A DNA stretch of 64,000 bases from Amoebidium appalachense (GCA_963693365.1 CAVNZM010000005.1:496001-560000); one strand, 5' to 3'. Positions 1 to 11,100 are shown, numbered from the stretch's first letter. Numbers and translations: made by a program. The notes: generated by a model from the sequence alone, not told the origin.

Positions 1-8
1 CAGACTAC

Positions 9-1148
9 CTCACAGCCCACATGGACATCATGAATGAGATGCCCCCACCATCCCTGGCTGCTAGGTACTCGGGGTAGACTAAGTAGTCTGTGTTGGGTGA
101 CGTCACGAGGGGCGATGTGACGATTGAGCACGTATGGTACAGTGTGTCTGGTGTGATAGCAACATAATCGAATGAGATAGGAGAAATCACAAAAAAGAGT
201 GGGTACGTATGTGTGCAGATATGCAGGTTGGTGTGTAAGCATGTGTGAAGGACTCTGAGGTGTGTGCGTGTGCGTGTGGCCTGGTGATAGGCCCGTATCG
301 TGTGGGTGGATGGGGGTTTTCAATTCAGCCCTCCGCCACCTGTATGCGCTAGTGTGCTGGTGTTCGTGTGTGTGCGGCGCATGTGTGTGTGCATGTGCTT
401 GGACATGTGCGCTGCAGTGTGCGTGTGCGTGTGCGTGTGCGTGTGCTTTTGCGGCCGTGCGCGCGGTGTGTGTGTGTTTGCGTGTGTGTGCCACATAGTA
501 TGTGTGATGCCATTCGTCGTGCACAAACAACTCAGCTGTGAAAACACACACATCGGCGCACCTGGTTGGCTGGCACACAGGCTAACCCGGTCAAGCCTTG
601 CCTGGATAGCCATCTTCAGGCTATATTGGGATAAAAACAAGTTTGATTATCTGCCATAGGCCTACAATAATAAAACTTTGGCAACTAAAAAACGTAGGAA
701 TATCCGATAATCAAGAAATAAATCTAAGGAAAGCCAAATTGAATTACGTTAGCCCACTGCTATTCTGATGTGTTGAGTACCGACTTCGAAGCTGTTTTTC
801 CTTCTTCTATTCTAGGACACCCCTGCCGCCAACACCAAAAGGGAGGGTGGCCCCGCCCCTTCCCCCCCCCCCCCCCCCCCCCCAGTGGGGCGCATTGTCC
901 CCCTGGGCTCAACCGGCCCCTTTCCCTCGCCCTTGGGTGGCTCCCTCCCGTTCACCGTAATTACACTCACACACTCGTGAATGTGTGTACACACGCACAC
1001 GCACACACACATGCGCCGCACACTCGCACACTTGCACACACGCTCACACACACACACACACACACATTACACGCCGCCACACACACACACACACACACAC
1101 ACTTAAACACACACTGTCATACACACATTTTCACACACAATGTCATGC

Positions 1149-1181
<33 letters not shown>

Positions 1182-1352
1182 TCCTGAGTGCGCCCGCATT
1201 TACGCATCTACAAATAGTACAAACTCTGCGGCACATATAATGTTTGGTCGGTGTTTAAAAATTCGGTGTACTAGTTGGAACGACCTTTTTCTTTCTAGCT
1301 GATATTAGATCTTTTTCTGTTTTTTTGCGTTTTTGTCGCATGTGTGTGTTGC

Positions 1353-1405
<53 letters not shown>

Positions 1406-1449
1406 GTTTTCTTTTTTGAGGGGGTGGGGAGGATGGGTCAGGGATGGGG

Positions 1450-1494
<45 letters not shown>

Positions 1495-2562
1495 GGGGGG
1501 GCTTGGTCCTGGTCCGAGAGTCAAAGGGGGACTGTGTGTATGTAGAAAGGGGGTGGGAATGTGGAAAGGAAGGGGATCTCCGAAGGTGGGTGGGGGGGGA
1601 TGAGAGAGGGAAGTGAGGGGGGTGGGGTGGGGAGGGGGGGGGGGGGGGGGGGAGGAGGGGATGAGGGAGGGAAGTGAGGGGGGGGGGGGGGGGGGGGTTC
1701 AAGGGAGACAGCGTGGAGGAGGCTCACGCTGCACGGATGGTACAGGGGAGGGGCTGATGTGCATTGCATGGAACGACAAGGAGTAATTCTCACACAGAGG
1801 AGAGGTGTGTGGGTCCTGGGTCGGCATGGATAGATGTAGTGTGTTGCGTGTGGACAAGTGCATACAGGCATACACGGCACTACTCCATGCAATATGCTCC
1901 ACACAAGGATGCATGCATGGGGCCGTGGACGGTGAGGGCCCGGGGGAGGGGTGGGGGAGTAGGAAGCGGGGGAGACGGAGGGGGCCGGGGGGACGAAGGA
2001 GGGGATCATGGCACTTTATTGGCCGCTCGCTCCGGCCAATCGGAAACACAACATGTGCCCCATATGCATGATGTGTACATCATACTACAAATGAAATACA
2101 CCCCTTAGTAATGTTACCTAAGATACGGTCACAACACAAGAACCCCTAACCCTACAGACAAAGAAAAAAAAAAAAAAAAAAAAAAAAGCTAACTAATCAA
2201 CCGGGTTGGGAGGGTAATATATATGTGTGACGTGGGTGCGCAGGTATTGGAAACAAAGCTGGGCAGTGAGGATAGTCACCCGTGCTAAGGAAGTCCATGA
2301 TGGTAAAGTGTTGTGCAGGGTGGCGGGAAGTGGATAGGTGGGTGAGGAGTGTGGCGGAAAAGGAGGCCTGTGTGGATAATGGAATAAATGGAAACACAAT
2401 ACACCGGCCCACACAGCTACGGCACCAAGGATGTGACCCACTAGGGCACAACCGTCTAGGAAACATCATAAAACGGTTACCACGCCATTGAAGCGCCCGT
2501 TGTGCTAGTAAACCATTAGGGAAGCCCACTATGCTATCGGCTAGTGACCGTTTCTCACGGCC
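9..2562 (-). CDS. Partial spliced host gene of unknown function, continuing off the left edge
   Basis: Exons 620-562 (LKMAIQARLDRVSLCASQP) and 147-9 (DTLYHTCSIVTSPLVTSPNTDYLVYPEYL...) have AG/GT boundaries and join in phase (cca g|ac). Probable upstream exon ~2562-2452 (GREKRSLADSIVGFPNGLLAQRALQWRGNRFMMFPRR). Start codon and product not identified. Confidence 0.4.
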
Positions 2563-3907
2563 TGTGGAGCAGACATATTGCACTAAGGGTTTGTGTATGC
2601 GGGTGCTTGCGTTAAATGAGGTAGAGATGCGTGGTTTGTGTTGTGCATGTAAAAAGCGGTCCATGCGTGTGTGTAGAAGACCAATGTGTGTGTAGGAGGG
2701 AACTGTCGTGGAGGTTAGGGATGGGAGGGGATCGTAGTGCAGTAGAGATTTTGGAGGGATGAGGGAAAAGGTGGAGGTCAGGGGGGCGGGCCGGGGGAGT
2801 GAGAAGTGGTGACGAAACAGTGGGTGATTGGGTGCCATATTGGGTGCACTCATGGGTGCACTGCGTGAAAATAAAAAAATGAGCTCAATGGCTAACACCG
2901 GTATCGGTATTACAACAACAAAAAGTATATAAAACCGATATATTCGCATTTTTGCTCGGAGGAGGGCAAAAAGGGGTAAATTAAGTGTATTATACAAAAA
3001 GTGTATAATGCGCAACGCCGTAGCTCAGTTTTTAGGAAACTACTTACTGCTCGTGGTGCAGTTTTGCGCATATAGTATTTCTTTCAATCGACAATATTTT
3101 AACTTTTAACTTTATAAATATCAAGCTAGCCACATGTATACTATAAAAAACAAAGGTATAAACCTATACAAGTGCTATGATCGAAAAGATTAATTTACGA
3201 TACAAAAATCCATTTGCCACGTGCGTACGTGTGGCGGTGCGTGAGTCGCGATGGCGATGCGTCCTGCGGGGCCCGTGCTCCCGCAGCCAGGCTTCGAAAA
3301 TTTTAAATTGATTCAATGCGGGACTGACCCAAATATATCAAATCCGATCAATGCGCATTGTACATTCCTCGGTGCGTATTATACAACATTATCAGGGCTG
3401 GATGATCACTTTTTGAAAGGTAAAATAAATGTGTAAATGATTTTTTTTCATATAGTTAAGTGTTCAACTCATTAATTAAAGGCTATTCCATCACATTTTC
3501 TAAGTGGTGAACGTAGGTTTTTGCATTTGTTTTTGAGTTTTACTTATGGTGACTCCGTATTATACAAAATTTTGTAATAATATGGTCGGATGCTGGGGCT
3601 ACGCCATGTCGCCATTGCCCAGCCTCGGTCGGCTAGAACTCGCTGCCAGTCTTACATCAGATACCCTTACTTGTGCCATCGCAAGCCCAGAGCCATCTGG
3701 TATCTTCGAGCAGCCTCTTAGATCGCAATCTCGTGTTACTGGGACTATGTACTGGCGTCACAAAGTGTCCGTTAGAAAATTAGAAATCTGCCGCCAAAAC
3801 ACTGATTGGATAGTGGATCTTGTTTTTACGCAAAAACAGCTCAGTCCTTCCCCCTCCCCCACACCCCCTCTATCTCCTAAGACCCAGCCTCCATCTCCGA
3901 CCGAGGC

Positions 3908-4122
3908 ACACATGTCGTACCCCCCATTTCCGTGGTTTTTTTTGTAGCTCGAAAATAATGCATCATACAGTGCTCGACCCGGCCGAGATACGTCCAAATT
4001 GGCGCTGGTTCAAGCGGTATAGGGGGAGCGCCCAGGAGGGCGTTCGATGGCTGGGTTGGGCTTTGTGATGGCATGCGGAATAGCTTTATTTGGCTAGAAG
4101 TTTTAGCCTTAGATGGCTTGAC
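3908..4122 (+). repeat. Left terminal inverted repeat (215 bp)
   Basis: ACACATGTCGTACCCCCC...AGATGGCTTGAC is the reverse complement of 13188-13402, with a single T/C difference seen in the T-run at ~3937. Confidence 0.97.
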
Positions 4123-4173
4123 TCTTGATTGTCAGCCAATCGCGTTTAGGGAAGGGCGTATACCAGCTCCACG

Positions 4174-4677
4174 ATGCCAAATACTGCTTTTTTGCAAGTT
4201 TTCCCGGGTACAGAAACTTTTTGTGTTTGTTGTATGTACATAAGGCATACCAGGTCCAAGATGATGCAAACCCAGGACATTACCAGCGAGGGGCCAGATA
4301 AGATGGCAAAGTTAGCCTGCGAGTACATTCGTCTCAGAAAGCTGGGCAGAAACACAATGACGTACAGGGACACGGAGAAGAAGCGTGTATACTCCCGCCT
4401 GCTGATTAAATACATGCGCAGCCACCGGCTGCTCACATTGCAAATCCCAGGTGTGGATGATAAAGCCATTTCCCTGCAAAAGGTGAGGGGCAAAGCTGCA
4501 ATGTCTCTAAAACGCATTCAACAAGCATGCAAGGAGTATTGTGATGCGGTGAAGGGAGGTAAACTTGAGCTCTCTCCTGAGACTATGATGGCGTTCATAA
4601 CCACAAAGCAGCCTGAAACTACCAACTGGAAGCTTGCAGTCCAAGAGAAGTCTTCAGATTCATGGTTTGAGGCATGA
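4174..4677 (+). CDS. Element ORF1, small basic helical protein resembling the giant-virus DUF5760-like family (real start probably 4261)
   Basis: Intact ORF inside the element. The pattern IKYMRSHRLLTLQI...ISLQKVRGKAAMSLKRIQQACKEY...ETMMAFITTKQPETTNWKL matches my recollection of this NCLDV family; not searched. Confidence 0.65.
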   Translation: MPNTAFLQVFPGTETFCVCCMYIRHTRSKMMQTQDITSEGPDKMAKLACEYIRLRKLGRNTMTYRDTEKKRVYSRLLIKYMRSHRLLTLQIPGVDDKAISLQKVRGKAAMSLKRIQQACKEYCDAVKGGKLELSPETMMAFITTKQPETTNWKLAVQEKSSDSWFEA

Positions 4678-4709
4678 CAGAAATTAATTTTTGGGGATGA
4701 GAGGTAATC

Positions 4710-5426
4710 ATGGCTACACCCAGCGCAAACATGTTGGAGGCCCCGGGGCTTACAGAGGATTTGGTGGCTCTCGTGGCGGGCACCGACGAATCAGGGCAGG
4801 CAGGAAGGCCTCCCTCCATGACTGATAGTATGCTTGACCGTGATCTAATGGAAGCCATGGAAAACAAAAGTGTGGCACGACGAGAACGTGCAGAGGCTAG
4901 AGCTGCAGCCGAAGCCGCAGCCGGCGCTACACTAGCACTTGAAGCACAGGCAGGTGCCTCAGCTCCGAGGCTGGATGCATCCAGCATGCATGATGCAGAC
5001 ACAGGCCCGCATGGCATTGCGGAGCTTAGTTGCTCGTCGCAGCATCTTGGTAGCATGACAAAGGCGTGTGGCCAGCTCCATACAGTGCATGGTATAATCG
5101 TGTTATTTGCATACATAGCAACTACAGTGTTGAGGGTTATATCGAAGGGTATACAATTGATGGGGTGGCCTGAGAAGCTGCAGGGAGACCTTGCCAGTGG
5201 TGTGTTTGACTCGCACATTTACGCGCTGCTAGATGCGTGTACTGACGCGGCGCTGGTAAAAAATCCGATGCTGGAGCTGGGAGTGAGACTTACACTGTCA
5301 GCAATATTTCATCACAGAAGCTCGAAGCTAGCCCAGGCCGTCTCTCACGTCCACTGGCAGTCTGAGAGCATAGAACAGCCTCATGGGCAGCTTATGGACC
5401 ATCTTGACCGATCTGTCACTGTGTGA
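4710..5426 (+). CDS. Element ORF2, 238 aa; C-terminal half resembles the giant-virus DUF5767-like family
   Basis: Intact ORF with a hydrophobic stretch (GIIVLFAYIATTVLRVI) and motif LMGWPEKL...FDSHIYALL...NPMLELGVRLTLSAIFHH, similar to the recalled L.GW..e...P.l.L...l..Sa..fH pattern; not searched. Confidence 0.65.
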   Translation: MATPSANMLEAPGLTEDLVALVAGTDESGQAGRPPSMTDSMLDRDLMEAMENKSVARRERAEARAAAEAAAGATLALEAQAGASAPRLDASSMHDADTGPHGIAELSCSSQHLGSMTKACGQLHTVHGIIVLFAYIATTVLRVISKGIQLMGWPEKLQGDLASGVFDSHIYALLDACTDAALVKNPMLELGVRLTLSAIFHHRSSKLAQAVSHVHWQSESIEQPHGQLMDHLDRSVTV

Positions 5427-5557
5427 CACCCAGTGTGCATGGAGTTCGAGTCTTTGAGCCACTTAGTGAGTGAATAAAAGTTTGTGGCTGAAATTTCCTG
5501 TTTCCGTGGGTTGCGATGTAAAAATTCCATTCATCCGTTCAACCCCAAATCTACATC

Positions 5558-6382
5558 ATGTCTGCGTTTGCCTTCCTGAACCCCAGTAGCGAGGATACGA
5601 CTGTAGGAGGCTACGGTAAGGCCTTCAATTACAAAGTGATTGCGTCATTGGTGCCTGCCAAAGAGCTTGCAACTGCCGTTGCCGAAGAGATGCCAGAAGC
5701 CATGCGGTACGTGCATGACAGACTGTCCGCAGCTTACGGTAGCAGCTACACACAGCACAACGTCAAGCAGTTCCTGCTCACCTGGCCGGTGGCTATCAAA
5801 GCCTTCCATGATGCCACAACCCCAAAGATTAGTGCGCTTCGCCAGGCAGCGGAAGACAAATACAAGCTGCGCAGGGAGAGACAGGAGGCAGACAAGCCCA
5901 TCCGTGCCCAGGTCAACAAGCGTGTTGCACCCTACCTGCAAGGCTACCAGGGCTGCCTCATGAAGCGCTTGAAGCCGGAAGATTTCACTGAGTGTTCTAC
6001 TCTGGCAAATATGGAAAACCAGGACAATCAGCTGGTAGGCAGGGGTGCCATGGTGCCTGTGCGTGGCCTTCGAGAGCGTGTGATAAACGAGAAGGGTATC
6101 GGTACATTGTTTAATGAGGAGATTGCACCGGCTGTGCAAGAGTACCAAGGTAGGCAGACAGGGGCATGGAATTCTGTATACCCGCCTGGGGTAGCAAGGT
6201 CTATCGAGCAGCGTGGCTTCTACAGGGATGACAGGCAGCCCATGACAGAGACTCAGGCCGCTTTGCGCGGTATGCGACTGCAGCTTAAGGAGAGGCTGAA
6301 TGCCGTCAAGCTCCGTGAAACACAGGAGGCTTTGCAGAGCATGGGTCAGAGGCCTTCGTTTGTTCTCAATGCTGCCCAGTAA
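5558..6382 (+). CDS. Element ORF3, 274-aa hypothetical helical/basic protein
   Basis: Long intact ATG-started ORF with normal amino-acid composition, converging on the integrase stop with a 13-bp gap. No recognised motif. Confidence 0.75.
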   Translation: MSAFAFLNPSSEDTTVGGYGKAFNYKVIASLVPAKELATAVAEEMPEAMRYVHDRLSAAYGSSYTQHNVKQFLLTWPVAIKAFHDATTPKISALRQAAEDKYKLRRERQEADKPIRAQVNKRVAPYLQGYQGCLMKRLKPEDFTECSTLANMENQDNQLVGRGAMVPVRGLRERVINEKGIGTLFNEEIAPAVQEYQGRQTGAWNSVYPPGVARSIEQRGFYRDDRQPMTETQAALRGMRLQLKERLNAVKLRETQEALQSMGQRPSFVLNAAQ

Positions 6383-6395
6383 AGAGTTTGTAGTA

Positions 6396-7529
6396 CTAGT
6401 GCCTGCCGCGATGGCGCTTTCTGCCAGACACGCCAGGCTGTGGGAATGTGGCAGGAACCGATCTCTTGTTGCCCATTTGGAACAAAATGTCGGCAGCATA
6501 CAGGTCTTGCTGTAGCGGAGTCATGGCATCCAATATGGCCGATGTTTCCTTCTCTTGTTGTGTATGTGTGCTGGTGTCAGCGGGGGTGGGTAGTATGTCA
6601 CGTGGGTGGCGGCGTCTGGTCACGCCCGGCTGCCCCTCAAGCTCCACTGTATACTTGAAGCCGGAAAGAAATTTGACAACCCAGAGTGACGGGTCCCAAT
6701 CCCCTGTGCCTGTGTTGACTGTCATGCTTTTCTTTGAAAAGAGCGCGTCTTTCAGTGCCTCGTCTGAGCGTATGCGCACCTTGTCGCCCGGGAGATACTT
6801 AAATGCTGTTTTCATGACTCGCTTTGCCTTCTTTACTGTTTTTAGGTGGTAGCGCTGCTCGTCGTGGTAGGTCACCAGGAATGGAGGCTTGCCGCTGACT
6901 GCTGAGTGACATCGTGTGTTATATGTTAGTTCGATGTCCACCCACCCATTCTCATAAAAGAGGTTCAGGTAGGCAAGTCCTAGCTCAAACCTGCTTGCCA
7001 TTAGCTCACGCAGGCTGCGATTAAACCTCTCCACGATGCTGTTGGCTCTATGATCGCCTGAATCCAGCATTATGTGCTGCATGCCCATTCCCCTCACATA
7101 AGCTGTAAACTCGCCCTTGAATTCTGAACCCGGGTCTGTGATGAGCCTTTTAAAGGTGTGTGGTCCGTCTGCCCCTGCCATGTAGTCGCTTGCTACGCCC
7201 GTGTACCCCCTGCTTGTTTCATTCTCAGGGCGCCATGCCACAGCTCTCAGAGCATACAATCTCCGAAGTGCTATTTTGAAGCCCTCTCTCACAGTGACAG
7301 AGTCACGGGCAGTCAGCGGTACCCACACTCCTCTCTTTGAGTTTACCTCGATGACAGTGAGTACAAACGGGTGTGCCTGCCCGGTCTGTGGATGCTTCTG
7401 CATACTTCCAAGGTCAATAGTGAGCACACGCTGGCGACCGGGGTATGTCAACCTCCAGCTTGCAAGGTACATGAGATCGGCATTCAGGGTCAGTGGAGGT
7501 GCTGTTACTGGAATGTCCATCTTAGACAT
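6396..7529 (-). CDS. Retroviral-like (rve) DDE integrase, Polinton-type
   Basis: Catalytic triad NADLM (D) ... ITDPGSEF (D) ... IVERFNRSL (E), with 34 residues between the second D and E. The C-terminal FKYLPGDKVRIR...FSKK...W...WVV pattern is typical of Polinton integrases. Confidence 0.93.
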   Translation of the reverse strand: MSKMDIPVTAPPLTLNADLMYLASWRLTYPGRQRVLTIDLGSMQKHPQTGQAHPFVLTVIEVNSKRGVWVPLTARDSVTVREGFKIALRRLYALRAVAWRPENETSRGYTGVASDYMAGADGPHTFKRLITDPGSEFKGEFTAYVRGMGMQHIMLDSGDHRANSIVERFNRSLRELMASRFELGLAYLNLFYENGWVDIELTYNTRCHSAVSGKPPFLVTYHDEQRYHLKTVKKAKRVMKTAFKYLPGDKVRIRSDEALKDALFSKKSMTVNTGTGDWDPSLWVVKFLSGFKYTVELEGQPGVTRRRHPRDILPTPADTSTHTQQEKETSAILDAMTPLQQDLYAADILFQMGNKRSVPATFPQPGVSGRKRHRGRH

Positions 7530-7564
7530 GCGAGCAACTTGCTTTCACAACCTTACCAAAATAA

Positions 7565-8074
7565 TCAACTTGCATGTGTAAAAGGTTCTATTTGGCCCGA
7601 CTCTCTAAAAGTGGCTGGCATCAGCCTGGCCGCCAGCCAGCCCGGCAAGTCTGTAACAGGCTGAGACATGGTCTTCAGTGCTGTCTGGTCTAGGTGTTCA
7701 GTGGAGTGTGCTATCCATGTCGAAAACTTTTTCTCTATCTCCCAGAGGGAGACCTCTGGCTTTTTTAAATGTTTGTTAACGCTGTTGTGAACGTCAATTA
7801 GCCAGGCAACCAGCGACTCTCGACCCTGTAAGGCAGCATCACCCAAAGCCAGCTTTCCCTTTACTAACATAGTCTGCCAGTGCCCGCGGCAGGACTCACA
7901 TGGTAGCACGTGTCCTAAGCTGAAAAAGAAGTCTCTGTATTGTTTTCTATCGGCACTAGACGGTCTGGATGGGTAGCCAAAGGAGACAGCATGCAAAGAA
8001 AGCCACAGGTGCGGGCCCCAGTGGGTACTGTGTAAGTTATATCGGTCTACACTGAGTCTATGAACAGCATCCAT
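7565..8074 (-). CDS. Erv1/Alr-family FAD-linked sulfhydryl oxidase, viral (poxvirus E10R/NCLDV) type
   Basis: WGPHLWLSLH...YP...LPCESCRGH...WLIDVHNSVNKHLKKP. It has only the CxxC cysteines and lacks the structural and shuttle cysteines of cellular Erv1/ALR. Confidence 0.93.
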   Translation of the reverse strand: MDAVHRLSVDRYNLHSTHWGPHLWLSLHAVSFGYPSRPSSADRKQYRDFFFSLGHVLPCESCRGHWQTMLVKGKLALGDAALQGRESLVAWLIDVHNSVNKHLKKPEVSLWEIEKKFSTWIAHSTEHLDQTALKTMSQPVTDLPGWLAARLMPATFRESGQIEPFTHAS

Positions 8075-8196
8075 TGTCTAAGTTAATGCTATACTTGAAC
8101 ATAAAATGCCCCCATACTTGCGCCGCAAATGACAAACCAGTGACAACCACTGGCAGTTACCAATTCGAAAAAAAACCCAACAAGTCAAACCAAAGC

Positions 8197-11100
8197 TCAA
8201 AAGCCATAGGGAGTAGAAGTGATTGTGTGCACGGTGCCGTCGTCATTCATCACCCGGTCATCGGGCTTGCAGATCAGACGCTTGGCGAAAGTCACACGCA
8301 CTATCTTCTTCTCTGGCTGGGTCACGGGCTTCCCTCCGACCGTGCGTTTGATGCCATATGCTCTTTCAACAGTCAAGCCGGGGGTCTCGCGCAGGACAAG
8401 TCGAGTGTATGCATCTAGGTCCAGAATGTCGCGGGTAGCAGCATTAAATGGGACTCCTTTCATCTTGACACTATCTACCTCAGAGCCCGACACCTCCACT
8501 TTGCGATACGCATAGCTCTTGGGGCCAAGGCAGCGAAGTTTGGAAATGTGCTCGCCGGGCTTGAGCTCGTCTGCCAAATCCCCCAGAAGCATGCCTTTTT
8601 GAGGGTGGCAATGCAGGGGGTTGCTGCTGTCATAGATGTAGTAGATAGAGTCGGTGTCGCAGTACGCTGGCTGGCTGGGATGTAGCTTATCCATGCTGAT
8701 GTGCAGCTTGACACGGCCCCAGGCAGTGGTGCAGGCGGCGATGATGGGGCATGTGGTGATGTGCGATTGGCCAAGGGAAGCCGCCTTCTCCGATAGCTTG
8801 TATCGTACCAACACCCAGCCGGGTACATCCAGAAATCGGACATCTATAGCATCATAGTCCTTTGCCTCATACCTATCCCACTTCTCCTTGAATGCCTTGT
8901 AGCCGTGCATGGTGTCAGGAAGCGTCATTGAGCCCCACTTATCGTGACGCTCGCCGGTTTTGCCAAAGGGGTTGACAATAATGCTCTTAGCCAGAGCCAC
9001 TCGGCCTGGATTTTTGGCTGCGGGGTCCATGATCTTCTCAGGGGTGAGGGCTAGTTCAGGCTGGGCCACAGGGTCTACACCCATGCGCTGGTTGTATCTG
9101 CTGCAGTAGTCTGCGACCTGCTCGGGTGTCTTGCAGTGGCTGGGCACCCCATCACCTTGAGCCTTCACAGTGTACCAGTGCTTGATGAGCGGTGCAAATA
9201 TGTCAACACTGGTCCGTTCATAGACACGAGCATACTTCAGGTCCAGCATCTCGTAGCCCTTGTACAGGGCGTACCTGATCTCCTGCACAGTCCACACATG
9301 TGTAATGGCACGCTCGTGCTCGCGGTGTCTGCATGTCCTGGGGGCGGAGGGACCAATCTCTGCGCATGCCCTGCACAGGGTCTCCACAAGGCGCTCAGTG
9401 ACGTGTATCCGACCCTCCTCGAGGTCCCTGGGCTGCCTCTTGCCCACTGCAATCTTTGCCGACAGCACAGGCCGATGCAGACCCCTAGGTGGAAGCATAG
9501 TGCATTCGACGAGGCCGAGTTTGCCATTGAAGAGATATGCATGCTCCCTAGGGAAGCCGGGAGGGACTCTGAAGCTGCTGCCAGTGCACTCGCCATCCGC
9601 CCGAAACAGCTGCTCAAACATCTGCGCAGGCGTTGGAGGGGTAGCTGTGCCATACCACAGCCCCACCAGGTCTATCTTGCGGTAGTTCACAAATGTACCT
9701 GCAGGCATGGGGCAGTCTAGTAGAATTGCTGGATAGTGGGACTTGTAGTCGACGACATACATGTACTCGCCGGGCTTGCAATCGTGGTACAGGATGTAGC
9801 CATTGGTGCAGCCTCCCTTGAAAGCGTCGCGCTCTCTTGGTGGCTTCTGCATGGCAATGTGCAGCAACTTGTCGTGCTCACAGAACCACTGCAAAGTCTC
9901 CTTCTGCCGCTGCCACTCGCAGCCCCAGATAGAAACCACCTTGTAGCCCATGGCGCGCAGCATCCCACTGCGGCTCTCTGTCTGCTGCCTTGTCTTGCCA
10001 GTCCGGCTATTGAGACCCTGTACTGCCATTGTTTCACAGTCATGGCCATGGAAGCGGCAGCCGTCGAACTCAAAGACTGTGTTAGTACGGGTGTCATACC
10101 CGTCAACATAGAGCTCACGGCCCCCAGCTGCAATCCGATACTGGCCATTGAGTTGCCAACGGAAGCGCCTGTCGAAGAGGTTGCTTGAATCGTAGCCGCA
10201 AATCTTCTCCCGCACATAGCACAGCCACTGCATCTCGTCCATACTAGACCACTGGTGCTTGTAGGGAGAGCCAAACTCATGCACTATGGTGTTCTCGGGG
10301 AAGATTCTGTCTTGCAGCACGCCATAGACAAAGCTGCCAATAGTGGTACGCGCAAGCGGGTCGATGCCAGGGTAGGCCGCCTCCACCTCTTTCCTGTAGC
10401 AGACACAGGCCTCGCGCAGAATGAGGGTGTCCACCATGCAGTACTTTATGAGCTCCTCCCGATTGTTCCAGCCGGCGGGCCCGCGTGCTGCTGCCTCCTC
10501 CGCATGCCAAACACGAAAGTTTTCAACCTCTTTGGAGCTCTTCATCATCTGCTCAGGCGCCCAGTAGCTCTGGTCAGGCAGGGGTCCGACATAACCTTCG
10601 TGCTCTGGGGTGTTGAACAGGAGTGGATAGTTGAGCTTGCTCAGGCCAGCGTCGCCTGAAAAGCCCCACATTTGCGGGAGCTGGCTCAGTGGTCGAGGCA
10701 TGTGGCGCACTGAGTCTTGCACTCGCACGCCATGGTACTGGAGGTATGGCACACTGCTGCCATCCATAATGAAGCTGAAGTCACCGTTAGCACTGTCAGG
10801 ACTGCTCTTGCCCTCTCCGGACTTCATGGCGTGAGCTATCTCAGCGGGGCTCAGCTGCTCAAGAAGTGCGTTCAAAATGAAGTGTACGTCGTATTTTGCG
10901 CCATTGTGTGCGTATGCGATGAAGCCTGCATGTGCCGGTTGAAAGAGCCAAGCAATAAAGCGATTCAGGGCCTGCGGCCCCGCCCATATGTACACCTCCG
11001 GGGGCAGTTCAGAGTGCTTGCTCTGAAACCCAGGGCAGGTGCGTACCTCAACACCCGCCAGCAAAGCTTCATCGACTGGCTTGGGCGGGTTGACAGTGTA

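Noticed and set aside
2880-3500. AT-rich stretch with short inverted motifs (GTATCGGT/ACCGATA; TGCGGG...CCCGCA) as a MITE or Helitron end
   Set aside because: No convincing termini, TSD or second copy in the window.
8136-8152. CCAGTG-ACAAC-CACTGG hairpin downstream of pPolB as a giant-virus-style termination hairpin
   Set aside because: The stem is only 6 bp, comparable hairpins were not seen after the other element genes, and no exact AAAATTGA promoter was seen upstream of the ORFs.
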